This document shows positions 1-8,842 of a stretch of DNA of 28,719 nucleotides, piece by piece. Both the position numbers and the translations under genes were made by a program. Numbering within the stretch: the stretch's first letter is position 1; each line of letters opens with the position of its first letter. The stretch lies in contig JBBRUX010000049.1 of NCBI GenBank assembly GCA_038247415.1, positions 1 to 28,719 on the forward strand. Reading direction: 5' to 3'. Origin of the DNA: Chitinivibrionales bacterium. GTDB lineage: Bacteria > Fibrobacterota > Chitinivibrionia > Chitinivibrionales > WJKA01. Under the pieces are notes generated by a model that was given only the letters and a program-made list of their open reading frames with translations, made no database searches and was not told the DNA's origin.

Positions 1-6
1 ATGGCT

Positions 7-2607
7 CTATTGCATTATGACCACGGGAGCTGTCTTATCAAAACCCTCGGCGCGCATCCTGACCAGGTACTTGCCGGGCGCGAGTCTGGCCGAAGAACTT
101 GTCTGTGCGCCAAACGCGGCCACGATCTTTCCCTGGTGGGTATAAACGGTCGCCTTCGCATCGTGACCATTCACCCATGGCGGGAGATCAAAACGGACTG
201 TTCGCGAGAGTCCTGTCGTTGACTTCAAGGCCACTGGAAGAGACTTTGAAACCCGTGAAGACATCATGTCGCGATCGATCCGCACCGGTGGTCCATTGCC
301 TGCAACAAGCGTCCAGGTTCCCGGCTGCGCATTAAAGCGGATATATCGGGAATCTTTGACGCTAAAGGAAATCCCCGAAAGCGTGCCGGATGGCCAGACC
401 GTTGTGCCGTTGACCTTTACCGATGCGACTGGGGCGGCATTGTCGAAGTTCACGGGAACTCCCAGACTTGCCGAAGTGCCGGGTGGCACCACCACCTTCA
501 TGGTGAAGCCGTCGGCCTGTTTGGACAGATTTACCTCCACGCGGCCGTGCCGTGTCTCCACAACCTGATTTGCGTTCTGTAAGGTTGCCATGTTGGGCAG
601 CACGTGGAAGACATCGTACCCCGCCGAATCGGGGGCAATGCCCACTGCGCACTCGGCCATCACCACGACCGCTCCACCGGCCCAGCCATGGTTGTAGGTG
701 CTAACGCCATCAGCGAGATCCCAGCCCTCCCAGAGCGTGCTCAGATTCTCGCTGATCATGGTCCCATAGCGCTGCTTCATGCGCGTGATGGCATCCCCGC
801 CATAGCCCATGGTAAAGAGCGCCTCGAGAACAAATTTCTCCAGGAACGGGCTCGCCTTTTTGACGGTTGTCAACACTGTACGAATCGCAGGATATTTCGA
901 CGCCGGAGCGAGTCCGGTGAGAACCGCAAGAGCATTCGCTCGGTCGTCAACAACACCGCCGGAATAGGCTGTGCCTTTCCAAAAGGTCTGGTCGAAGTTG
1001 GTTTCGATACTGGTCATACGCTGATTGATGGTGGCCAGATCGGCAGTGATCCCCAGCACACCGGCCATGGCCTTGATGCTCTTGAGGGCGAGGTAATACC
1101 AGCAGTTGTCAAGCACCGGGGCATCTATGCCACTTCCCCAGTCCTGCCAATCCCAGTCGCCTGCGCGGTGGTTGACCAGCCCGCCAGTCATTGTGTACTT
1201 AGTGAGGAGATAAGCCTTGACTATAGGATACACCTCCTGGAGCAGGGCCTGGTCGCGGGTGTCCATGTAGTAGCGCCACATGCCATACCAGCCGGTGCTG
1301 TGCATCATCTGCATGGGCAGCTCATCGGTCCAGTTTCCTGCAGGCACGGGGGAGAAGAGGACGCCGCCTGTCTTGTTCCACTGGACAAGGTTACTGTACG
1401 CTTTGTGTCCTAGAGCATAGGCGCTTGTGTCAAAGGCGTATCCGGCAATGTTGATCTCAAGCGCAGCGTCGGCGATCCACTGCGCTCGCTCCCGGTCGGG
1501 GCAGTCCATGTAGTTGTCGCGCATGTTAACATACACGGTCCGTTGAGCCTTGATGCAGAGCGTGTTGATGGCAGCATCGTTGCAGGTGAAGGCAGGGACA
1601 AAACCGCAGTTGTAGCCGGTTTCGCGATACTTCAGCGCAGTGATCGTAACGCCGGCTGGAATTTTATAGCGCACATCGTGTCCGTTCATCCACCCGTACG
1701 TTTCGTACTCCTGCACTCCCGCTTTGGTAACGTAGGTGGCCATGACATTTTCATCGCCCCCGCCATCGAAATTGTCGGTGCGGATGTCAATGGATAGGCC
1801 CGCGGACGCGGCATTGATCTTGAGGTACGGGGTAACCTGCGCATTGTACGGCAGCTTGGCAATAATCGTCGAGCCGTTGCCCGTGGAGGGCAGTGTCGCG
1901 GCATTGGTGTAATCTTTGAGGCCCGAGTTCGCCCACTGAGGGATGGGACGCTTGACCAGCGTGTTCCAGGGCGCGCACGGCGGCGTTCCCTTTTCGGATG
2001 CGGCGCTCCATGCAGCGTCGTCGTACCCGGAGTTCATCCAGCCTGCAATATCTTTGCGCGCGTCAAAGGAGACCCAGCTCTCGGCAAGCCGGTCGTTCGG
2101 CCCGTCACCACCAACCGTGCCGTAGGAGGGGTGCTGCTTGACCTTCCATGTCGCATCTGTTGCAAGTGTCAATCCCGAGGAGGCAGATTCGACCCACAGC
2201 CCGCCCTTGCCGCTGTTCTTGTGGGAGAAGCCGTCCTTGCCAAAGTACCAGACCAGCACGGCAACGGTGTTGGTGCCGGTGGTGAGGTACTGCTTGATGT
2301 CAACTTCATCGTAATATGTGCCGGTGGGAGTGGGCCCGCGCTTGAGGCCGCCCTCGAAAACGGCGAGTGTCCCGTTAACCCACAGCCAGTACTTCGTGTC
2401 CGTGGCGATCTTGATCACCGCGGATGACGGTACCTGAGCAACCGAGACCGTCTTGCGCAAACACATCCAGGTGTTTGCGGGACTGTCGGCTGATTGCCAG
2501 ATCCACGTGCCGGTCTGCGCGCTTGCGCATGCGACAAGACTGAGCACAAGACTGGCGATGGTCAATGACCGGTTGAGACTGCGCATCGATGCAATGTACC
2601 GGAACAT
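7..2607 (-). CDS. Secreted GH78 alpha-L-rhamnosidase-like glycoside hydrolase with N-terminal signal peptide and T9SS-like C-terminal domain
   Basis: 866-aa ORF. GH78 motifs DCPDRERAQWIAD, TLWEGW and TYNHGWAGG; N-terminal beta-sandwich segment (KYWLWVNG...GTNTVAVLVWY); hydrophobic leader ending ASA-Q; SD-like AGGGGG just upstream of the ATG. Confidence 0.88.
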   Translation of the reverse strand: MFRYIASMRSLNRSLTIASLVLSLVACASAQTGTWIWQSADSPANTWMCLRKTVSVAQVPSSAVIKIATDTKYWLWVNGTLAVFEGGLKRGPTPTGTYYDEVDIKQYLTTGTNTVAVLVWYFGKDGFSHKNSGKGGLWVESASSGLTLATDATWKVKQHPSYGTVGGDGPNDRLAESWVSFDARKDIAGWMNSGYDDAAWSAASEKGTPPCAPWNTLVKRPIPQWANSGLKDYTNAATLPSTGNGSTIIAKLPYNAQVTPYLKINAASAGLSIDIRTDNFDGGGDENVMATYVTKAGVQEYETYGWMNGHDVRYKIPAGVTITALKYRETGYNCGFVPAFTCNDAAINTLCIKAQRTVYVNMRDNYMDCPDRERAQWIADAALEINIAGYAFDTSAYALGHKAYSNLVQWNKTGGVLFSPVPAGNWTDELPMQMMHSTGWYGMWRYYMDTRDQALLQEVYPIVKAYLLTKYTMTGGLVNHRAGDWDWQDWGSGIDAPVLDNCWYYLALKSIKAMAGVLGITADLATINQRMTSIETNFDQTFWKGTAYSGGVVDDRANALAVLTGLAPASKYPAIRTVLTTVKKASPFLEKFVLEALFTMGYGGDAITRMKQRYGTMISENLSTLWEGWDLADGVSTYNHGWAGGAVVVMAECAVGIAPDSAGYDVFHVLPNMATLQNANQVVETRHGRVEVNLSKQADGFTMKVVVPPGTSASLGVPVNFDNAAPVASVKVNGTTVWPSGTLSGISFSVKDSRYIRFNAQPGTWTLVAGNGPPVRIDRDMMSSRVSKSLPVALKSTTGLSRTVRFDLPPWVNGHDAKATVYTHQGKIVAAFGAQTSSSARLAPGKYLVRMRAEGFDKTAPVVIMQ

Positions 2608-2722
2608 AGAAATCCCCCTGAAAAATTGTGAGACGCCGATTGCTTTTTAAATGAGCCCTTGGATCGGCTGCTTTTAACATATCCTACATTAACGGCCATC
2701 GCTCGGACGATTTTACCGTTTT

Positions 2723-3667
2723 TCAGGACTGCTTTATCTTTTTGAGGTGTTCTGAGGGGGTGTGGCCCATATGGGCTTTGAATGTGCGTCCGAAATAGGA
2801 GGGGTCGTGGTAACCGACTTTAGAGGCGATTTCGGTAACGGTGTCGGCGTTGGCCAATAGAAGCTGGCAGGCTTTTTCTATACGGACTTTTGTGAGGTAG
2901 TCAACGATGGTCATGCCCACGGCCGCCTTGAATACGCTGCAGAGCCGGTTGGGACTGAGGAACGCATTTCTAGCCACATCGTCAAGCTTAACTTCACCAG
3001 AATAGTTTTTTTCGAGGAAAGCTATGGCCGCGGAAATACTGTCAAGCTTCGCGGTGTATTCCGCGTCCATCCCATCGGCCGCGATCGATTGCCCAAAGAA
3101 CCGGCTTGCCATGACGACCAGTTGCAGGAACAAACCAGTTCCTTCCGCCTGCCAACCGGGATCTTTCGTATCCAGCGCTTTTTCGATCGTGTCAAGCAGG
3201 CTCGACATGCAATCCTGCTGCGTCAATGAGAGATGGAGCTTGTGCGCAAATGACGTCTCCGACCGGAAGAACGGCTCGATGCAGAAGAAGGCCGCGAATC
3301 CCCGGATCTCCTTGAGCGCCGCTATATGCGGGATGAGGATCGTGGGGTAAAACAGTACATTGGTCAGACTGAATGAATGCCGCTTGTCGAAGCCGTGGTC
3401 TTCGTTTGGAAGAACGCAGAAGCAATCGCCGGCTCGGACCGGGTATTCATTACCATCGTAGCAATGCACGGCAGATCCCCGACGGACATAGACCAACTCA
3501 TAAAAATCGTGCGTATGCGGTGAAGGCGCCGATTGCTCATTGGTGATTGTCCAGACGATAAGCGGGAAAAAGCCAGGTTGTTTATCGTCGAAGGTATGAA
3601 ACCGCCCTTCCCGGCGGATACCATTCCAGGTGCTACGATCTATCTGGCTCTTGTCTGGTGCATTCAT
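2723..3667 (-). CDS. AraC family transcriptional regulator, RhaR/RhaS-like
   Basis: Cupin sensor motif HTHDFYELVYVRRGSAVH and C-terminal double HTH (YLTKVRIEKACQLL...VGYHDPSYFGRTFK...TPSE). Start moved to the ATG at 3667 (MNAPDK); the ORF track starts at 3739. Adjacent to and co-oriented with the GH78 gene. Confidence 0.88.
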   Translation of the reverse strand: MNAPDKSQIDRSTWNGIRREGRFHTFDDKQPGFFPLIVWTITNEQSAPSPHTHDFYELVYVRRGSAVHCYDGNEYPVRAGDCFCVLPNEDHGFDKRHSFSLTNVLFYPTILIPHIAALKEIRGFAAFFCIEPFFRSETSFAHKLHLSLTQQDCMSSLLDTIEKALDTKDPGWQAEGTGLFLQLVVMASRFFGQSIAADGMDAEYTAKLDSISAAIAFLEKNYSGEVKLDDVARNAFLSPNRLCSVFKAAVGMTIVDYLTKVRIEKACQLLLANADTVTEIASKVGYHDPSYFGRTFKAHMGHTPSEHLKKIKQS

Positions 3668-3764
3668 AAAAATAAGGTTACCGAAAAAGGCCCTTGTAAG
3701 AAAGTAATACTCTATAAAATGCTTTTCGTCGGGAATCAATCTCTGCAGTGCCCGAAAAACTCAA

Positions 3765-5047
3765 CTAAAAACCTTTAATATGAGCTGTAAGCGCAAATTC
3801 CACGGTTATTCCTCTGGGTTTATACGAAAAAGGTTGGTACTGCGCACCAATGAGGTCGGTAGTATTGAGCGCGTTTTTAATTGACATCCGAGCATCAATT
3901 CCTACTGGAGTAACCATAACATTTTCATAGAGCACCGACAGATCAACACTAACTGCATTGTCCACAAAGTAATATGCGCCCGCGTAATTGCTACCTGCAG
4001 GAACTTGAGCTGTTTGATGGAAAAATGCTTTCTGGAACGATCCCGTGAGTCGCATTTTCAACAGATTAGGAATGAGCATACTTTGTGCGTCAAATTCTAC
4101 ACCATAACCGGTAAAATCGCCAACATTGGTAAAGGGATAGTAAAATGTTATATAGTCCTTCAAAATCTGATAATAGGTATTAATCATGATACGCGAATGA
4201 AGTGCATTGATGATGTTCTGCCACTCCAGTGCATATAACTTCTCAGGTTTGGTCGCTATCGTGTTGCAATAGAACCACCATTGACCACTGGTGTCAGTCG
4301 CGCTTGTAAAACTGCCCACTGTACCACTGTTTTGGGTGCCCCATAAATTATTCTGCGGGCTTGCCCATGGGCTGGGCATACGTATTGCAGTATTGAACAA
4401 AGCCTTGGTGACCCAGGTACCTAGAGGTGAATAAATAACTGCGAGGCGCGGAGTAAACGTCATATTTTTCTTTTCAAAAACATTGGCGCGGCTGAGAATG
4501 TATCGGTTGCCCGGCTAAATCCGGTTGCAAGATTTACTTCTGCTCCATCAACGATCTTAGTAATAAGGTTAATAGTGGCAGCCAAGGTGGATGAGCCATA
4601 GAGCACCGAACCTGGCCCAACAATAATTTCAATTTTATCCACATTGTCGAGGTTAATGGGTCCATTAAGAAAATCGGGTTCGGTGAGATTATTCAACGAA
4701 TGGCCATTCACCATAAGCGTTATTTTTTCATTGTCGTTTGGGGCAATTCCACGTACCTGCGCCACATACTGCAGGTCTTTATGGAACGTCTGAAAACCGG
4801 GGGTCATAGTGAGTACATCCATAACCGAGTGGAAACCATAAATATGAATATCTTCTTTGGTATAGACATACATGACATTGGGTGCAAGGTCGAGAGGTTC
4901 AGGGTGCTTGGATGCGGTGATCACTTGGATATTCATCAATTCGTCGAGCGAAAGATCTAAGAGTGATCGTTTAGGTGCTTGTTCACTGGCAAAACCAGAT
5001 ACTATGCCAAGAAGGATTGCACTTAACAAAAGCAGCGGCTGTTTCAA
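3765..5047 (-). pseudogene. TonB-dependent outer-membrane receptor, split in two frames with a probable internal deletion
   Basis: 4460-5047 encodes a signal peptide and plug (LLDLSLDELMNIQVITASK...VRGI...IEIIVGPGSVLYG...INLITK), with GAAGGAG before a TTG start. 3765-4463, in another frame, encodes late barrel strands (FTPRLAVIYSP, KPEKLYALE, GYGVEFD) ending in Phe. Together about 430 aa, short for a 22-strand receptor. Confidence 0.72.
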
Positions 5048-5189
5048 AACCTACTCCTTCACCTTTTTTTCCGCATTCGTTGGCCGAAATGTATTCTGTA
5101 TCACTTTTGAATTCAGGTTAAATGGCCCATCGAAAGAAGTCGTCATTTTTAAAAGATTTAAGCATTAGTCTGGGGGCACATACTAGCAG

Positions 5190-5234
5190 AAAAAAGATAC
5201 AATGCATGTACTGCAAAATACAGCGCACGCATTG
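5190..5234 (-). terminator. Probable intrinsic terminator downstream of the HU gene
   Basis: Minus strand reads CAATGCGTGCGCTG-TATTTTG-CAGTACATGCATTG (14-bp stem, two G-U pairs, one mismatch), then TATCTTTTTT. Starts 12 nt after the HU stop. Confidence 0.6.
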
Positions 5235-5246
5235 ACATAGGCGATA

Positions 5247-5594
5247 TTATTTCTTCTTGATAACTTTCTTAACAACTTTCTTAGCTGCAGGCTTTGCTGT
5301 CTTTTTAACAGGAACAACGCCATTTACAGCATCTTTAGCGGCTTTGGAGATGCGAAATTTGAGCACTGTTTTAGCGGGAATTTTAATGGTTGCACCAGTT
5401 GCTGGGTTGCGACCTACGCGAGCTTTTCTTTTAACAAGAACAAGCTTGCCTAATCCAGGAAGAGAAAAACCATCTTTAGCTTCCTTGTAAGCAATGGTTG
5501 CAATATTTCCAAGAAGGATTTTTACCACTTTCTTGGTCAATGATTCATCACATGCTGCAAGTGTTTCAATCAACTGAGACTGCGTGAGGGCCAT
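5247..5594 (-). CDS. hup: HU-family DNA-binding protein with Lys-rich C-terminal tail
   Basis: Motif LPGLGKLVLVKRKARVGRNPATGATIKIPAKTVLKFRISK. AAAGGAG lies 5 nt before the ATG at 5594, preferred over the track start at 5630. Confidence 0.93.
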   Translation of the reverse strand: MALTQSQLIETLAACDESLTKKVVKILLGNIATIAYKEAKDGFSLPGLGKLVLVKRKARVGRNPATGATIKIPAKTVLKFRISKAAKDAVNGVVPVKKTAKPAAKKVVKKVIKKK

Positions 5595-5646
5595 AGAAAC
5601 TCCTTTAAAAATTTGAAAAACGGGACACACAAAAAACGTATACTTT

Positions 5647-5676
5647 ATGCTAACAAATATGCAGTGTTGATTTCAA
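5647..5676 (-). promoter_or_regulatory. Candidate sigma70-type promoter for the HU gene
   Basis: Minus strand TTGAAA-18 nt-TAGCAT with an extended -10 TG (TGTTAGCAT), about 50 nt upstream of the start codon. Pattern match only. Confidence 0.35.
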
Positions 5677-5828
5677 GGAAATAAGCAAAAAAACATGCAG
5701 TTCATTAAGCTTTTCCCTTGTTACCGAGGTACACAGTAATACCATGAACTGTATATTGATTATAATTGATGCCTACCCTTGATATCAAAACCAGCTCACA
5801 CCTTTTTTCAAAAAAGGCAGCGGTCTTA

Positions 5829-7475
5829 TTATCGGTCTCTGAGTCTATGTGCCAAATAGGGCAACAGTTGCTTTTTTCGCGATACAACATTGGACAATTG
5901 ATAAATCCCAGGCTCTATCTGCGGGTAATTAATCATTGCGACAAATTCTAAGGATCCGTCAAGAAGTAAAAGTGATTCTTGACTGGTTACGTCGGTGATT
6001 AGCAAGGCAGAAAAGTCGTACTTCTTTTTGTGCCGATATTCTGCCAGCGCAATTTTCACTTCATCTTTTCGTTTCCAGAATTGAACGTAACCTGTTTCTT
6101 CTATTTGAGCTACACTAAAGCGCGCCCCGTTCTCCACGTACTCTTTACAGTCGGTAGATATTGCCGCAGTAGCAGTATTGAGCGTGAGCAATGAACCAAT
6201 AGAAAATAATTGTTCAGTAAATTCTTTTGCATTGATACCTGCAACCTGTTCAAGGTGGGCGAGGACTTCAATATCGCGCTGTGTTGTTGTAGGCGATGTT
6301 AAATTAAGAGTGTCGGAAGCAAGCCCTGCCAAAAGTAGCCCTGCGATAGGTGTGGGAATTTCCAGGCCGCTCTTCATAAAACATTCTGCAACTATGGTAC
6401 TTGTGGATCCAACAACTTCGTTACGAAAGAGTATAGGATGTTGTGTTGACATAGTGCCAATACGATGATGGTCTATAATTTCTAGTATTTCTACTTCGTC
6501 GGCGCCGGGAACAGCCTGGGATAGTTCGTTATGATCTACGAGAATAATCTTGCGCGATGCAGACTTGAGAAGATCTGTTTTTGTCATGATGCCAACCATA
6601 TTGTTGTCGTCGTTGAGTATTGGAAAAACCTGATGCCCCGATGCTACGGCGCGATTTCTCAGAGTGCGAAGCTGCTCTTGTGGATGAAAGCTGAGAAATT
6701 TATCGGTAAGAACATGTCGTATTGCCACTGCGGCCCTGCACAGCGATGCGGTAGTAACCGTATCGTGGGGCGAGGCTATAATACTTACGTTATTGCGCTG
6801 CGCCGCTTCAATAGTTTTAGGCTCGATGGGCTGATCGCCGGTTACAATAATAACACGAACACCTTCTCGTATGGCAATGTTTTGAATGTCCCACCGATCG
6901 CCCACAACAACCGCCCATTGTTGTGGTGACGTTTGCTCTAAGCGCGAGGCAAAAGATTCTAGCCCCATAGCACCAATCATCAGCGTAAGCTCATCTTCTT
7001 GCTCTATGTCAACGCCTACAATGATGGTTCCATTAAGCGTTGCTGCAAGATTTTTTAGAGACGAAAGCACAATGCGTGAGTTGCCATCACCATTTACAGA
7101 AGGAAAAAGATATTTTCCGAGTTTGAAAAGGGAAACCAAGCCTCTGCAATGTCTGTCGTCATCAAGTACCGGGAGAATACGTAGATTTTGGTCTTCCATG
7201 AGGCGCAGGGCTTCTGCTGCAGTCGAATCGGTTTTTACGCTGTGTACTTTTTCATGCATGACATCTGCTACGGTAGGAGAAACATCGGCCACAAATTTTG
7301 GGGGAGCAATATCAAATGTTTTAAGCACAAAATCAATGCGCGCATTGGTATCTCCACAGCGCGCAGCAATAACATTTTCAACGCCAATCGCATTTTTAAA
7401 AGCCGCATATCCAAGGGCCGCGCATATTGAGTCGGTGTCGGGGTTACGATGCCCAATTACAAGAATTTCGTTCAT
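5829..7475 (-). CDS. ppaC: Family II Mn/Co-dependent inorganic pyrophosphatase with CBS-DRTGG insert (CBS-PPase)
   Basis: GHRNPDTDS, LVDHNE, IIDHH, VGSTSTIV, SDTL and the C-terminal VVSRKKQ; CBS pair flanking a DRTGG-like region (VVGDRWDIQ). GGAG spacing favours the ATG at 7475 over the GTG at 7490. Confidence 0.92.
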   Translation of the reverse strand: MNEILVIGHRNPDTDSICAALGYAAFKNAIGVENVIAARCGDTNARIDFVLKTFDIAPPKFVADVSPTVADVMHEKVHSVKTDSTAAEALRLMEDQNLRILPVLDDDRHCRGLVSLFKLGKYLFPSVNGDGNSRIVLSSLKNLAATLNGTIIVGVDIEQEDELTLMIGAMGLESFASRLEQTSPQQWAVVVGDRWDIQNIAIREGVRVIIVTGDQPIEPKTIEAAQRNNVSIIASPHDTVTTASLCRAAVAIRHVLTDKFLSFHPQEQLRTLRNRAVASGHQVFPILNDDNNMVGIMTKTDLLKSASRKIILVDHNELSQAVPGADEVEILEIIDHHRIGTMSTQHPILFRNEVVGSTSTIVAECFMKSGLEIPTPIAGLLLAGLASDTLNLTSPTTTQRDIEVLAHLEQVAGINAKEFTEQLFSIGSLLTLNTATAAISTDCKEYVENGARFSVAQIEETGYVQFWKRKDEVKIALAEYRHKKKYDFSALLITDVTSQESLLLLDGSLEFVAMINYPQIEPGIYQLSNVVSRKKQLLPYLAHRLRDR

Positions 7476-7567
7476 ATCAGCAATCTCCACACAATAAAAA
7501 ATTCAAAAGTATGAAAGAGAATACGATTAAGGAATAGCAAGAATTAAAAAAGCCTAAATGATCAACT

Positions 7568-8842
7568 TTAGCCGGGAATTAAAAACATTGCCCCTGCAGC
7601 TGTAATAAGCATAATAATAAAGCCAGGCAAAAGCGCGGTGCGTAAATCTTTATGGCCACCGGCAAGTGCAATAATTCCTTTAAGAATAGTATTAGCAAGG
7701 GTCGCAAGAACTATAGCGCGCGCTGCAATGGGCAGCCCAATGCCAGCTGCGTCGCCAGAAAGTCGTGCCATAGAAAGTGCTATTGCGTCAACATCGGCAA
7801 GCCCTGCAAAAAAGCTTGACAAGTAGATACCCGCACTGCCTAAATAAAGCTGCGCAGCTTTGGATATCACCAAAATCAACACAAAGAGCAAGCCGAATTT
7901 AATAGCCAGACCAAGTTCAAAAGGATTGTTCATTTCTACATCGTGGCCTATGGTACTATCAGATTTACTAAAGTGTAAATACACGCAATAGATGAGGCCT
8001 GCAACCATCGATACGGTAAGGGGCATCCAGATAAGTTTTGCCAAATGAATATTAAGCACGGCTACCGCAATAATAACTCTAAAAAACATAACCGTCCAGG
8101 CAACAAGAATTGCAAGTGCAAACGACTTGGCATAGGCTGGGGTCTCTTTACTGCGCGGGGTAAGAGAGGCCGTAACTGCGGTTGAGGATGCTAGTCCACC
8201 CAAAAGCCCGGTAAGTCCAATGCCTTTTTTTGGGCCGGCAATTTTGATAAGGATATAGCCGATAAAACTGATACCCGAAATAAAAACAACAAAAAGCCAA
8301 ATCTTGAAGGGGTTGATGATAGTAAATGGGGGAGGCCCAAAAAGTTTGTTGGGAAGTACCGGCAGAATAATTGCAGTGATAACTGAAAATTTAAGCGTGG
8401 CAAAAACATCGGCGCGGGTAATGTGCTTAATAAAAGATTGGAGCTCAAATTTTACCGAAAGAATAACCGTTATGCCAACTGCCAAGGCCACAGCAAGTGC
8501 GAGATGACTTGTGAAGCAAAGTGCCCCGATGAGCAAGGTACATAAGCCTGCAAATCTGCTTGTGAGGCCAATACGGCCATGCGTTGCATCAACGAAATAC
8601 GATATGCCTATTAGTAAACCTGCAACCGCAATGGTAACAATAAAGGGAGCATACGAATGAAATGAATCCGATAAAAATGCAGAGAGGCACCCAGCAAGTG
8701 AAAAAAGGGTATACGTTCTTACCCCAGCAGCTATTTCGTGTTCTTTATGAATTGTGTCAAAGGAGAACTCACGCTGTAAACCAATAAGAATGCCAATAAA
8801 TGCGGCAACTCCAAATCGGAAAAAAAGCGTAGTTTCATTCAT
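7568..8842 (-). CDS. MgtC/SapB-family membrane protein with DUF4010-like C-terminal region
   Basis: N-terminal GILIGLQRE...AGVRTYTL (MgtC-like), then ILPVLPN, NPFKIWLFVV, GLLGGLASSTAVT, NPFEL, AGLADVDAI and LANTILK; many TM segments. Start overlaps the upstream stop (ATGA). Confidence 0.85.
   Translation of the reverse strand: MNETTLFFRFGVAAFIGILIGLQREFSFDTIHKEHEIAAGVRTYTLFSLAGCLSAFLSDSFHSYAPFIVTIAVAGLLIGISYFVDATHGRIGLTSRFAGLCTLLIGALCFTSHLALAVALAVGITVILSVKFELQSFIKHITRADVFATLKFSVITAIILPVLPNKLFGPPPFTIINPFKIWLFVVFISGISFIGYILIKIAGPKKGIGLTGLLGGLASSTAVTASLTPRSKETPAYAKSFALAILVAWTVMFFRVIIAVAVLNIHLAKLIWMPLTVSMVAGLIYCVYLHFSKSDSTIGHDVEMNNPFELGLAIKFGLLFVLILVISKAAQLYLGSAGIYLSSFFAGLADVDAIALSMARLSGDAAGIGLPIAARAIVLATLANTILKGIIALAGGHKDLRTALLPGFIIMLITAAGAMFLIPG

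Noticed and set aside
604..1413. 269-aa plus-strand ORF and other ORFs overlapping the GH78 gene
   Set aside because: Antisense or alternate-frame shadows of a GC3-rich gene; no recognisable motifs.
5695..5754. Imperfect inverted repeat ATGCAGTTCAT / ATGAACTGTAT, and the 61-aa ORF 5705-5890
   Set aside because: The arms are far apart in AT-rich DNA with no U-tract. The ORF overlaps the ppaC end and has no SD or motif.
6886..7497. About 200-aa antisense ORFs over ppaC, GGGPS (8879-9472), alaS (10885-11526) and the ABC-GGDEF/pyrF genes (19683-20303)
   Set aside because: They lie opposite well-supported genes and have the Ser/Ile/Thr-rich composition typical of reverse-frame translation.
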